From Felis catus (Eukaryota): a stretch of DNA of 64,000 bases. Positions 13,687-27,700 of this stretch are shown piece after piece. The stretch covers positions 108,502,001 through 108,566,000 of the forward strand of contig NC_058373.1 in NCBI RefSeq assembly GCF_018350175.1, given 5' to 3'. The translations under genes were made by a program, and so were the position numbers. Every line of letters starts with the position of its first letter. The first letter of the stretch is position 1. A model generated the notes under the pieces. The model saw only the letters and a program-made list of their open reading frames with translations, was not told where the DNA came from and searched no databases.

Positions 13687-15429
13687 CAAAACTTTTTGAA
13701 AGACACAAGAGAATACTAAATCAATAGGTAAACTATGTTCATTGGTAAGAATGTTCTATACTGTGAGGACAACTTTTCCCAAGTTTCTATCGAGTACAAT
13801 CTCGATCAAAATCCCTGGGGGGTGGGTGGTTTTTGTTTGTTTGTTTGTTTTTGGTATATTTTGCTTTATGTCTTTTAATAGAACTTTACAAGCTGATTAT
13901 ATGTTCATGTGCATAAGTCAGCTAAACCAAGCAAGAGCTTAAAATAATGAAAAATTTAAAAAAGACAGTAGAAGGATTCTCCCTAGCAGACAGCTAGGCA
14001 TATTATAAAATGATGATAATAACTATTATCAGGTGAGCCACTCAGGCTTGGAAATTTGGTACCTGACATTGTATTACAAATCAGTTGGGAGATGATGGGC
14101 TATTTAATGAATAATGCTTCCAGTATGGAAAAAAAAATAGATCCCTACCTCACACCACATGCAAAGATCAAGTTCTGGTAGATTAAAGATTAAATATGAA
14201 AAATAAATTCTTATGACTCATAGAAGAAAATATATGAGAGTATTGAGTTTGGGTAGGATTTCTTAAATAATTCTGTTAATGCATAAACTGAAAAGGAAAA
14301 CATTTATAAACATGACTCCACAGAAATTTAAAGCAGTTACTCTACAAAAGTCACTATAAAATAAAAAGGTAAGCTACATGCAGAGAAAAGATACTAGCAA
14401 TAAATATAAAAAAGATATTTATCTAGAATTTATAAAGAACCAGCAATCCACTCCTACATATATACTGGAAAAATTCTCAAATTTTGGTAGTGTAAAATAT
14501 AGAAAAATATTCACTGAAATATTTTCAATTCTTGGCTATTACACACAAATATCCATTAATTAGGAGAATGGACAAGTTAGTTGTAGTTTAAACATTATAT
14601 ATGTTAAAATAAATGAGTCACAAGGATGTATGTCAATACAGATAATATAAAAAACTTAATGCTGAATGAAAAAAAGGCATGTTTTCAGGAATAAATACAG
14701 TAAAATGCTAAGTACTTTAAATGTGCAAAATACTATTAAGTATATTTTGTGTATATTTATTTATGTCTATTATATGGTGAAAGTCTAAAAATATACATGA
14801 AAATGATGAACTCCAAATACAGACTAGTAATTACTATTAGTGAGAGAAGCAATCAAATAGGATCAAGGAGGAATACTCAAGGATCTTCAATTATAATATT
14901 TTATTTCCTAAAAATCCAACAAAAAGCAAAAGGTCAGTGGTAACTATAACAAATGCTAAATACCACACTTCTGTGTGATGGGTATTTGGGTATATGTAAT
15001 ATCGTTCTCTATTCTTTTCTGTATGTTTAAAATATCTTGTAACTATGATAAATTAAAAGAGAAGGGGAGGTTAAATGACTGAATTCCTTTCCCTTGCCTG
15101 GTCAATCACGGTACCCCACCCCTGCCCCAAGGCAGAGTCTATGGTACTGCAAATAGGCAGTGTTTCCTATGAGCTCTATAAGTAACCAGTAGGGTATTGT
15201 GCTGTTTCTTTGGAAAAATGACTTCTGAGTTTAAAATGACACAGTTTTGTGCCATGATAAATTGAGGATTATGTACTATTATAATTTTTTTGGTATGCAT
15301 GGCATCTTCCTGTATGGAGAAGGAAACAACTGGTAAAAGAGACAATGACTGGTAAAGCAGTTGACACAGCTGAGTCAGAAGAGCAGCATCCAGTTCTATC
15401 AAGGAATCATGACCCATTGAAACTTTAAA

Positions 15430-15630
15430 AAAAATTTCTTTTTAATGTTTATTTTTGACAGAGAGAGAGTGGGGGAGGGGCAGAGACAGAGGGAGACACA
15501 GAATCTGAAACAGGCTCCAGGCTCTGAGCTGTCAGCACAGAGCCTGACGTGGGGCTCGAAGTCACAGACAGCGAGATCATGACCTGAGTCAAAGTCGGGG
15601 GCTCAACCGACTGAGCTACCCAGGTGCCCC
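15430..15630 (-). mobile_element. SINEC
   Basis: Reverse-complement SINEC ending caggtgcccc. Confidence 0.93.
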
Positions 15631-15932
15631 AACCCATCCAAACTTTTGATGATGTTTTTGAGTTATTAGTGCCACTGTGGGGCATTCTGAATACTCATCC
15701 ATCAGAAGATAAAATATTGCTTGGTGGTGTTTTGTAGCAAGTATTATCAATTCCAAAGAATTAAAACAGAATTCAGTTAAGTTGTATATTTACTTGACCC
15801 TTTCTTTGTCAGTTCTGGCTGGTGCTCATTGGAATAAGTCATCGAACCCCAAAAACCCCAGCACTGTTTCTCACAGGTAGAATTTCCTGGGCACAGCCTT
15901 TGCTCTGGACAATTAAAAATAAACACATCGTT

Positions 15933-16150
15933 GGGGCGCCTGGGTGGCTCAGTTGGTTAAGCGTCCGACTTCAGCTCAGGTCACTATCTCGCGGTCCGTG
16001 AGTTCGAGCCCCGCGTCAGGCTCTGGGCTGATGGCTCAGAGCCTGGAGCCTGCTTCCGATTCTGTGTCTCCCTCTCTCTCTGCCCCTTCCCCGTTCATGC
16101 TCTGTTTCTCTCTGTCTCGAAAATAAATAAACGTTAAAAAAAATTAAAAA
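15933..16150 (+). mobile_element. SINEC (young, CpG-rich)
   Basis: GGGGCGCCTGGGTGGCTCAG head, TSD AAAAATAAACACATCGTT. Confidence 0.95.
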
Positions 16151-16975
16151 AAAAATAAACACATCGTTAATGCTGAGGAGAGGTTCCCTGGAGCTGGAAT
16201 AATCAGCAATGTTTCTCTTCTTTTGGTTAGGTGTCCTCAGACTGGATTGTTCATAAAATAATTATTGCCCTTTTTTGTCATACACATTCAATTCAGCTTC
16301 GGTGATGGTGGTTTAGGAGTAAATGGCCTTTCTTGTAATTAGAAAGGGATCTTGTGACGGGATAAAGATTGAAATTGCACTTTGTGAAATGAGCAAGTCT
16401 TTGTTTGCAAGATGATCTCAACTCCCACTGCCATAACTGACAGCAGAATTGCCAGAGCAGTTCGGTGACCGGGTTGAACTTTTCCTGTAGGAATCATGTA
16501 GCTGTACAGCTGCGGAAACACAAATTCACTCCTCCATTGTTGGTTTTCTGACAGCTTTCTCTGTAGAGCAGTTTGAAGAGTAGAGAGCCCTGTTTCTGAG
16601 ACAGAGAAGTGTTTTCACACCTGAAGTGTAATTTCACACCTTGTGTTTCTCAGCAGATAAGTGAATAAAATAACACATCAAACCGGAATAGAAAAAGATC
16701 AACATAGAAAGAAAACTGCAGGTTGTAATTTGTTTCCGATCTTACAATGCTCTTGTAAGGAACTGTAAATTACAGAGATCTGGATTTACACTTTTAAAAG
16801 TTTGACTGGTTGGTAGGTGGGAAAGTGAGCAGTAAACACTAACCAGCTTTCAGCCTTCATTGAACAGACTGTACAGAATGATAGAATTGGGGAAACGCCC
16901 TAACGTTTTGTTTTGTTTTGTTTTGTTTTCTAAAGAATAGGACACACAGAAGTTAGTGGTAAAAATTGTAGTTAA

Positions 16976-17195
16976 GGGGTGCCTGGGTGGCTCAGTTGGT
17001 TGGACCTCTGACTTCCGTTTGGGTCATGATCTCGTGGTTTACAGGTTCGAGTCCAGCATCGGGCTCTGTGCTGACAGCTCATAGCCTGGAGCTTGCTTCG
17101 TATTCTTTGTCTCCCTCTCTCTCTGCCCCTCCCCCCTCACGTTCTGTCTCTCTCTCCTTCAATAATAAATAAAACATCAAAAAAATTTTTTTAAA
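16976..17195 (+). mobile_element. SINEC
   Basis: SINEC head, CT tract and tail; TSD-like tagttaag. Confidence 0.93.
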
Positions 17196-17489
17196 ATCAT
17201 AGTTAAGAGAGGGTCAATAAATTGATAAATCAAGTGATTTTAATAAAATATAATTGTAGGGATAATCTTTGTAATTATTCAGGAATTTTAGCAGAAGGAG
17301 AGACTATGTTAGTAAAATTTGGCTATTTCCTTTCCTTTCTATAAGTTACTAAACATATGAGGCTAGTCACCATTTTATAGCATTCTAGTACAAGGGGGTA
17401 TAAAACAAGGGGTTTATCTTCATTTTTCAAGTTTGAAAACCCAAGACCAAAGAAAAAAGAAAGTCAAGCCTCCTGGATAGTCATGTACA

Positions 17490-18960
17490 TTCATTTCAAA
17501 ATATTTAACATGTATTGGATGTCTACCATGTGTTAGACACTAGGCCAGGAACCAGGGGTACAGTCATAAACAAGGCAATTCCTCTCTCACACTGATAGCT
17601 TTGCAGATGAGTAAGCAAGCAATGACAATGCTGGGTGCTAAGTCATGAGATAACCTGAAGCTAGATTTTGATGGACCACACAGAAGGGTTATCCCGGTCA
17701 GGGCAGGGGCTTGTGGTCAGCAAAAATTCCTGGAGACAGCCACGTCCAAACAAAACTAATGAGTAGAAATCGTGGGAAGATAAATATCACATGTGGTATC
17801 AGAGCATGTAGAGTTTGTGCAGAAGTTGAAAGGGAGAGAGCAGGGTGGGTTGGAGGGGTGAAGGTACTTCAGTGTAGTGGGAATGCAGCATATAAAGGCA
17901 ACAGTGGTGCATAGTAAAACTGGAAGGTAAGAGGGTCAGAGTGTGTGATTTATACGAAGACATTTAGTTTTGATCCCGTGACTAGTGGGAAGTATTGAAG
18001 CCTTAGTCTTTGTCTATTAGTGAGTGACATGAACAGATTTGCATTTTACAGAGCTCCTTCTGGCTGTGGGATTGGACAGCCCAGGAATGGGAGATGAATG
18101 AAGAGACCTGCTGTATTGCAGGTTCTGATAGAGGCTGGTGACCCAAGCTTGCAGTGCATGCAGAGTTCAGTGGCTTCGGGAATGGAAAGCAGTGGGCAGA
18201 GTTGGGAGCGATTTAGGACATAGAATCAACAGAACTTGGTGATTGCCTGGCTAGACTAGGGGCGAGGAGCCAGTCTCGCCAAAAATGTAGTCCAGTAGTA
18301 TTCCATTGTGTTTATAAACCACATGTGGTTTATATGAGAAAGAATGAGATCCTGCCGTTTGAAGCAATATGGATAGAACTGGAGGGTATTATGCTAAGTG
18401 AAATAAGTCAGTCAGAGAAAGACAGATACAATATGTTTTCACTCATATGTGGATCTTGAGAAACTTAACAGAAGACCATAGGGGAGGGGAGGGGGAAAAA
18501 TTTACAGACAGGGAGGGAGGCAAACCGTAAGAGACTCTTAAATACAGACAACAAACTGAGGGTTGATGGGGGTGGGAGAGAGGGGAAAATGGGTGATGGG
18601 CATTCAGGAGGGCACTTGTTGGGATGAGCACTAGGTGTTGTATGGAAAGCCAGTTTCACAATAAATAAATAATAAACAAACAAATAAATAAAAATGTAGT
18701 CCTGACTCCTGGTTTGGGTAATTTAGTGGATGATGCTACTGTTCACAGAGATGGGGAATACTGGAGCAGCAAGTTTTTGAAAGCTGGGGACATGATGAGT
18801 GAGAGGTGTGTGGAATGTCCACAGGAAGAAATGTGGTATTGAGCTGGATCTTGAGCTTGGGAGAGAAGTCTAGGCTAGAGATACAGATTTGGTACTTGTC
18901 ATTGAGTGGATAAGATGGTCCAAAGAATATAGAGAGAGTGAGAAGAGAAGGCAGTCTGTG
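17490..18960. mobile_element. Degraded L2 fragments, interrupted by the L1 at 18294
   Basis: cattcattt...ctaccatgtgttagacactagg end and purine-rich L2 body motifs (tgacatgaacagatttgcatttta). Confidence 0.6.
18294..18689 (+). mobile_element. Short carnivore L1 3' end with 5' inversion
   Basis: L1 ORF2 end, 3' UTR and (AAAT)n tail. TSD AAAAATGTAGTCC at 18281-18293 and 18690-18702. 18294-18323 is antisense L1. Confidence 0.92.
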
Positions 18961-19368
18961 ATCTTGGCATAAAACAGTATTTTGACTATTAAAAGAAAAC
19001 ACTCCTGGAACAAAATGTATATATTTATCTTGTTACATAAACAAAATGTGGATGAAGAACCATGCATGTCCACAGACACCATTGCACATATACTTAGGCA
19101 TGTATACACCTCTGTAAATGTAGAGCTTCTGATGAACATCAGCAAGGTGCCTGTCATGGGCTGCATGAAACATTCAATGTTGAAGCTAATAATCCCTTTC
19201 CTTAATAATTCATGGAAAATATGTTAGCCCTGCAGCAAACACCAGGCCTAAGGATGCTGATCAATGTGTTAAAAAGGAAAAACTTGGAGCCCATGTAAGT
19301 ATTACAACACAACTAGCAGAACAGAAAGCCCTGATGTTTTCTTATTTGTTTTGTTTTTTTTTTCTTAG

Positions 19369-19682
19369 ATACATACGGGAAGCTCTTTCTTCTCAATTCT
19401 GTGGGTCAAGAGATGTCCCGCTGTAAGACATCCATTCGACGTGGTCAGCCCAATCCTGTCTATAAGGAGACCTTTGTTTTCCAGGTGGCCCTCTTTCAGC
19501 TCTCTGATGTCACGTTGATGATTTCCATTTATAACAGGCGCACTATGAAGCGTAAAGAGATGATCGGTTGGATTGCTCTGGGCCAAAATAGTAGTGGAGA
19601 AGAGGAACAAGACCATTGGGAGGAAATGAAGGAAACAAAAGGTCAGCAGATCTGCAGATGGCACACCTTGCTCGAATCCTAG
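19369..19682 (+). CDS. SYT16: Synaptotagmin-16, last coding exon (C2B domain to stop)
   Basis: Long poly-T tract then ttcttag|AT. Translates [104 protein letters not shown], the SYT14/SYT16-type C-terminus. Confidence 0.96.
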
Positions 19683-22600
19683 TTCTGCCAACAGGCATTT
19701 GTGTGCTACGTATGGCCCGGTGACCCGCATTTTAGCCACTCATACCAACTCCGCATATGCTGGTGGGCTTTTTAAAGACAGGCTTACAAATAGGGATTAG
19801 GGTCTTCTAACCTCTGGGACATTCTGGGCAGGGTCTTTGGGTCTCTCGAAGGTTTGATTTGAATTTAAATATTGTAATTAAAAAAAAAAAAACCACATAC
19901 ACATGGTCAAGTGTACTTGATGGAAAATTAACCATAGTTGAGAACAGTGATGAGTCAATTTGTGTTCATAGGTTAGTATATCTGGGTTCAGCCTATGGAA
20001 TAAAGCTTTTCTTGCTGTCTCTGTTTGCTTGAAGAATAACCTGAGGTTTCAGGGGAGCTGTTAAATCTTACTATTTGTACCCAGGTATGTGTATGAACCA
20101 GAATTTTGTTAATATGGTGCCAAAACCCCCCAAAATACAGAAACGAATCAGATGCTGAGGCTCATAAAAGAATGTAACTGTCATCTATCATTCCCTATTT
20201 CACATGTTTGTCTTTATGAAAACACCCCTCATTTATTTACCTAATAAATAAGTGTTATAAACGTGTACTTATACAACACATTTGTATTCATTATATATAT
20301 ACCTTTCTTTATCTCACTTATACATTGTGGTTTCCTGTGAGATTTTGTTAAATGAATCATTTTGAAGGTTAAAAAAAGAGCTTAAAAAAACTGTTGAAAG
20401 ACAACTTGTCTCCTTTTCATTTGTAAGATTTCCAACTTGTAATTTTCAAGGGTTTTCTGCCATTTTTCTTACCTAATATATTCTTACAGAATGAGAAGAA
20501 AACCAAAAATACCTATTGAAGTCATGGATTTGCTGATTTTCTGAATCAGGTGTTTTCCTTTAGATTACACTTTTTCTATATTCATTGGAATATACCCATA
20601 CATATATTTTGAACATACACCTGCATGTAAACCATATTCTTTTTCATGCACTATTTTCCATGATTAGAGCATAGTAAGTGGTACACAGTGGGTCTTTAAT
20701 AAATGTTGATTGATTGACTCTTAGAAATGAACATGTTATGACACCTGTGAATGAAGAAGTATTTGCAGCTTGTATGAAATGACACTGAGTTCTTTTTCTG
20801 AGCATTTGAAGTGCCTATAATTGTCATTTCTCACGGCATTTGCGGTAGCATATATTAGTCACTCCTTGCATTCCGGGCATGTGCCATTCGGAACGCTGAT
20901 CTTGTGTGGTTATGAGCATGAAATTTTATTTCCCACTTTGACATATTTGTGCAGTGCATGTTTCTTTTTCTTTTGCTTATGTCTGCATCCTTAACTTCAG
21001 TTACCTTAAATTGTCAGTAATAAAGAAAGGGAAGGAATGTGTGTCCGTGTAGAGCCGGTGCCTGTCGCACGGCTCTTCTGAGCAATTGCTCAGTTGCTTA
21101 TTTTTAGCTTTTATGTTTCATTGTTGACTTTTTGCTGTCTGTGGGGAGAGTGATAGCTAGTGATGGATGTATACAGTGAAAAACACAGAACTCCTCCTCA
21201 GCTCTACATTTTGACAGATTGTAAACGTAGGCTGTAACACTTGAAGAACATATTTATCCCTCGCAGTGCAGTGTGGAATGGTTATCCTGACAAGAACAGA
21301 CTAGGGCACTGGCTAATTCTACTGTGATTTCACATACCAACTTGTGAAAGAAGTGATTTCCTATGGAAGAATAAGAATTAGCAAAATAAATTAATACCTT
21401 AATTTCTTTTTAGGTCACGGGAGTTCCATCCACAATACTGCTTCGTTATTGGGAATAAGTAATAAAACCATGCTCCTTTGGGTTTTTACCCTACCTTTCT
21501 TTGGAAGACCTCAAAGTGCTTTTCCAACATTATATCCATTAACTGCTGAGTGGTCTTTGCAGTGTGGCTGTGTCATCGAGTAGAACTGAGTGCAATTGAT
21601 TAAGTAGCGGCACAAAGAATTGGCTTTTCACAACCCTTACTCTCTTCATGCGCTTGTGTTTAAAAGGGAAGTAAAGCAGCCTTGTTATGCTTTCCTTTAT
21701 GCAGAAACATAAAAGCAGCATTCACTTTAAAATTTACATTTGAAAAAAACCTGCATATATTGTACTGACAGTCCTGGATCCCCCCCACAGACCCCACCCC
21801 CGCCTCATATTTTCCTGTTCTGTGTTTTGCTGCGTCCCTTGTTTTATGGTGCCCAATAATCACCTAGACTTCATTTTCTGCCTTGACCCACCCACTTTTA
21901 GGGCTTTCTGCTGGTGTAGTGAAGATATCCTTGTGTGTTTTATCTTTTTTCCAATAGTCTGTTTATGAGACAGTTACAGGAATGTGCAGCATTTTAAGGG
22001 ATGAGATGCCTGAAAAGCATTTTTAATTTTTTGTAATTTTACTATGTGGGTGCTATTCACCATGTAGGATGCATGTACATCTTGAATATACAGCAATCTG
22101 AGGCTGATTGTGTAAATATGAAATGCTAATGACAAGATACATTAAAATATGAGGCTGAAATTTTTTTTACATGGATTCGAAATTCTGGTGTAGCAAGATC
22201 TTTTGATTTTGTACGCTTTCTCTCCCTTATTTGCTTGGCAAAGTCTAGACACAATGCACTTAACGTGTTTTTCTTTTCACTAGAGCTCTTACATCTACCT
22301 TCGCTTTTTAAGAGTTATAAAAGGTAATTAGTTGGTTCAGCAGTGAAAAGGCTGCTTTTGCCTGTTTTATCTAGCTAACAGTTAATATCCCATAGAGACA
22401 TTTGAGAGTGAGGAAGCACCAGTGTTTGTTGTGTGAGTAGTTCCTTCCATGATTTTTCCTAAAGACAATGCTTTTTAAATAACAGGGTAGAGGGTAAATG
22501 ATGCTCTAGGTTTATGGTAATCTGCTTTCTAGCCTGTCTTCTTTCAGGGCATTGACTTACACTGGATCCAGAAGTGCTGGTGTCACCAATCACGGTGGTA

Positions 22601-23779
22601 ACTCTTGTGCCCCCTGCTCCCCTCTGACTATTGTTGAGTTTGTAAATGGGCCATTCACCAGGCAGGGAGGCATCTGCTCCGGCTTCCCTCTCCTTCACTG
22701 GCTCCCTGTGTGATGCAAGTTGTTTGGGACCGTTTGGGCTGATGTAGTGTAGCTGTGGAGGGAGGTCTTGCCTTCCTTAATGGAAGAACTTGTACCGCCA
22801 TTGGATGTATTCTGCTTGGCATCTGCCCGCACAAAGTTGGAGAAAGAGTCCGCACCATGATGGCAAGGGGGAGAAGAGAGCAAGCTCTCTTTGTTCACGT
22901 TAGGCACCGTGTCCTCTGCTCCTTCTTCAATGACAGTAACTGATTGACTTCAGCACTGATGCTCTCCATAGTGTGAGGTACCTCAGCGAGCCTGAAATGG
23001 CCTCTGCCTTTGCAGGGTGGGGGCTTGTGCTGTATTGTGCAAACTGTTGGCACCTCTCAGGCAGTCACTGTACTTTACGTCCTGCTTGTCCTAGATGGTC
23101 TTATCTGAGAACCAAAGTTCTTTACTTTGCAAGTAAAGCATCATTTAAGTTGCAGCCACCATCAGGTTAAGAGAGAGTGCTTCTCTGATGGCCACAAATT
23201 TTATGAAACTGATGGTTCAGTGTGGACATTGAACTGTGAGTTGTTCCAAGGCCTGGCTCTCCTCTTGCAGCAGAGAACTTAGTACAGTAAGATCAGAAAA
23301 GTGATAGAAAAGAATTATTTGTAGATGACACAAAACCACATGGAGGAATAAGCTTTAACAATAAACAGGACTAGAAAACACATGCGGTATCTCCTCCCAC
23401 TTTAAGGGAACTGTGGCCAAAGCACATTCTGTTCCATTTGATCCACAACAAAAACATGATAGATAATCCGGAAATGGCAAAAGAATTTTGTCTTGAAAAA
23501 ATCATGCATTTGTTCAAAAGAAAAGCTAGGTAAAACTGTAGAAAACAAAGAAATCATATAGTTTGCGTAGGGAAGAATTAAAGAATAAATACATACGCTG
23601 GACACCTTTAGCCTCCACTGGCATATTTTCAAGAAGGGTAAAACCAACAAACCAAAAGACATTTCAGATTAACTAGCTATCATTTTTTCACAAGTTGTGG
23701 GATTCTCAAAAACACTTAAAGATGAGGGAAATGAGACTGGTCTAACATAGCTCGAGGAAGTTGGCATGGGCTGCGGTCT

Positions 23780-23950
23780 CAGCCTGGGTTTGAATGGAAC
23801 TCCACTAGCTATGTGGCCTTTTGAAAACTAGTCAATCTGTGTCCCTGATTCTTCAACTGGAAAATGGAAAAGATATCTACCTCATGAGGTTTTTGAAAAT
23901 ATAGTAATGAAATAACAGCATTGAGCCTGACATATAGTAATTTTTCAATA
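23780..23950. mobile_element. MIR
   Basis: cctgggtttgaat...ccactagctatgtggcct...ctacctcatgaggtt. Confidence 0.6.
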
Positions 23951-24501
23951 TCCACCCCACCCCAAGCCATACTTAAAAAAGAATAAAGCATTTAAGATTT
24001 GTTTCTCTGTCTAGTGAAAGTAAGAGTAACCATAGAAAAAGGCTAAAAACAATTTTCAGATACTTTAAAAAGGATAGACTCATAAAGCTGGTCTGAATTT
24101 ACAAAGGAAAGTAGTCTTAGCGGGTAACCTAAAAAGAGATAAGCCTGGTATATTGAGTCTTAATAAATCCCAAATGAGATTTAATAACCAAATCTTTTTG
24201 TCTTTCACCCCCTTAGTCTGGAGGGGATGCAAAAACTTGGTGCTTGTGTGCACATCTTGCTAAATTAGACACCAGGCCTCTCTTATGCCCATTTCTTTTC
24301 TACAAGACGTACATCGACCATATACCCATGAAAAGAGTGACAACTTGAGTATACATTTCAACTTTGGTATGAAAAAGAAAATAAAAGAAAAAAAATAGTG
24401 TGGCAATTTACTGACACGCATTTAAAAACAGACAATTTTTTAGCCCATGTTATATACCCTTATAATATCTTCATAGGCAAATTTTTAAAACTGATCCAAT
24501 A

Positions 24502-24720
24502 GGGGTGGCTGTGGGGCTCAGTCAGTTAAACGACTGACTTCTGCTCAGGTCATGACCTCACAGTTTGTGAGTTCGAGCCCCACATCAGGCTCTGTGCTGA
24601 CAGCTCAGAGCCTGCAGCCTGCTTCAGATTCTGTGTCTCCCTCTCTCTCTGCCCCTCCCCAACTATTACTCTGTTTCTCTCTCTCTCAAAAATAAATAAA
24701 AACATTAAAAATTTTTTTTA
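24502..24720 (+). mobile_element. SINEC inside the SYT16 3' UTR region
   Basis: SINEC body and tail; TSD-like aaaactgatc(c/t)aata. Confidence 0.92.
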
Positions 24721-27700
24721 ATAAAACTGATCTAATAATGCAGCTGTCAAGTCATCTAACTGTTTGGAAAGTTCTTTCCAGGACCGATTATTTACCACTG
24801 TGTCCCTTGGGAGATCACGATGAAAGGAATTCTATCAGAGTTCATACTGACTCCTTTTTGAGAAGGGCTCTAAAGAGTGACTTGTTGATGTCATAGAAAG
24901 CATGTTGCGTCGCTCTCAAGTGTTCAAACCACGAGTAAGAAGGAGAGTTCCCGGAGAATTTAGAAGAAGGTTTGTGAACATTTGGTCAGCAGAAGCGGTC
25001 AGGAACACACCGTCTCAAGTTTAAGGTAACCAAGTGCCAAGAACCAGTCATGTGCTACTTGCTGTTTTAAACCGAGTGTGATTCTGGGATGGGCAAGAAT
25101 GAGCCTGCATTCCCAATATTGCCAGATCGCCAAAGTGCTGACTCGGGTTCTAGGATTCCCAATTAAGGAGAAATGGGAAGACTGGAGAAGAATCACTTAG
25201 CTTAGGGGTTTTTGTTAGGAATAATTCAGCAGGTAGGGAAGTTATGGGGGACGGATGTCTTTGGTCACGTGGGCACTAGTCAGAGTCACCATCTAAATCA
25301 GGTAACAAGAGTTTAACTTGGATATAAGGAGAAGGATATGAAGATGGTTTTGCATTCATTCAAAAATGTGTTCCTTGGATTTCCTTGTGTCTAGCACCTG
25401 GTGATTTGGGCTAGTGCAGGACCTAAAATCTTTTTTGGAGTAGTGTGATTATATACTGAAGCAATTGGTCACCATGATAAAAACAATGTTTATCAACAGT
25501 TACTCAATTGGTCCGATCATATGACACAAAAAGCAGAGCTTCTTGTTATGGGTTATCGTTGGAAGAAGGTGAAACGTATTGACAGAATGTAACAGAGGCC
25601 GTGTCTAAGAAGCCAGGACCTGAGGTAGGTCTCAGTCACGTCGGAGGGGTAATTATCCAGGGAGAGCACAGAATCAGCTCTGGAAGGCTTTTAAATAGAA
25701 ACCTCTATGTGGGGTGTGGGTTCTGTCTGAAGGAGAACAGAAGGGCACCTGGGAAGACAGTCTTTTTAAAGTTCCTCCTAATTGTAATATTTTGTGTATA
25801 ACCTCTAAACAGAATCAACAAAAACAACACTCTAGACCTCTCCTCTCCCCCTTTGGACATTGTTTCCACATTGATTTTTCTGTGCATAAGAGGAGGTTTT
25901 CTGTGGGGAGTTCCTGTTTGGGCCTTGTTTAGGTGACTCTGGGGATGCCTGTAGGCTCTGGGTGAGTTTCCTCTCCTACGGTGTTTTTGTTTCCCTTGGG
26001 TCACAAAGCAGTATCCTGAGCTGTATTTATAGCCACTGTGGAACCTGTAAAACAGCTTGCGGCTTTACAAAATGAACTCAGAGACAGTCATTGAGGCCCG
26101 TGGACATTCTTAGAATAAACCACCCCCGGATGTTGCTACCTGCTCACCCTTGCTCACTAATGCTGCCTCAAACTATCTTCATAGGAGTTTTTACTTCATG
26201 CCTTTGAGTAACGATGCTACCTACCAACTCTACTTTGAGGACTGTGAGAAGGCTGCCTTCCCATTGAGACCGCCATATTTGTACATTCTTTTTGTCTACT
26301 TCATTTTCCCCTTAAAGTATCTACTTACTGTTTTTTTTTTTTAATTTTTATACAAAATGTATTCATTCAAAAGATAGTTATCCCAGACTCTCGACTAGGG
26401 GCTGCAGAGTAGTAGATGAGTGAAATACTTTGAGTTCAACAATTACTTTTGTTTCTAAATATTCCATTTTTTTAAACTGGGTAAACAATAAGATCTTTTA
26501 TTACTGTTTAATTTTTGTCTAATGTATTTCTGTAACGATTTCTTTCCTCCCTGTGGAAAGAGAGAAGATTTACAGAAAGTGGGAGTTATTACCTGCCTCT
26601 AGTTAAGAAATAAATGTACTGTTTGTCAGTCTATACTTCCCTTCAAAATAAACAGATGCGTTTTACAACTGAGGGAAGAAATGCACCATTCCATTCTAGT
26701 AATGAAATAAGTTCTAGCTTGAAGTAGAAGTTGGATATTTCCTATTTTTTCACTTTTATAATTGAATATTGAATACCTTTTGTAAAGCAGTAAGCGGGTC
26801 AGAGCCTGGAATGCTAGGTCTGTACAAACAAATGTGACACAGTTCTTATAAGCTCCATGTTTTAATAGCTGAAAGGCATTGCTACCTTTTACTTTTTTGA
26901 AAGAGTGAACTGGAAACAGTAGCTGCCAGAAAAAGGGAGGATAAAGGCATGAAACAGAGATCCCTGCTTACCTCTCTGTTTCTTTGGATTAAAACTTGTC
27001 TTAGATATCACACACTAAACACATTTGGGACATCCCTGTCAAATGGGTGGAGGTCAACATTGGGAGTGTCCCTTCCTTGGCAGACGAGCCAATAATTGTT
27101 TTCTAGTCTTAAATAAGTTTAAATTGGTCTGAATGTAACTCTTAATTTCAATTTTATAATAGGAGACAAACGTGGTTTATCCAATGGATTTTTTGCTTAG
27201 TTACAAGATCATAGAAACTGATCTCACATATCTACTAAATATGTCTCAATCCATGATTCCAGGTCAGAATCTTTGATAGCCTAAAAATTCTTACTGAAGA
27301 CGTCTTTTAGTGTTGCCCAGTTGATGGTCCATTATAAAAAAAAAAGTTTATATCTCTTATTTGATGAAGACCTTGATTTGGGGGGAAAGATATTAAAAGG
27401 TTGCCATGAAGAACTCTGATTGGTGAGATTGGTACACTAACAGAAGGATATTTCCATGTAAACTATTCTGTGTACTGTGTTCACATTCTAGGGCCACACG
27501 TCTCTCTTAAGTTTGTCAAGTTCCTTATAGGTGGCACTTGAGCAGTTTACTAATGTTGCCATTTTCCTGTGGGCCATGCTAATATTTATTAATTCGCAAC
27601 TACACCAAGTTATATTACAGTCTTTTATTATGCCACCATACTAATGCAGCTATGAATTTTGTTATTGTGAAATATAAAATGTTTCCCAGGATTTAAAATT

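Larger units (their letters stand above)
9310..15050 (+). mobile_element. Ancient degraded L1 (L1M-type), interrupted by the young L1
   Basis: ORF1 C-terminal remnant (RLRKDFSTAMTEARGQ) at about 9330-9430; A-rich ORF2-like remnants at 10170-11090 that resume at 13698. Confidence 0.75.

Noticed and set aside
19365..19739. 124-aa minus-strand ORF
   Set aside because: Antisense shadow of the SYT16 last exon.
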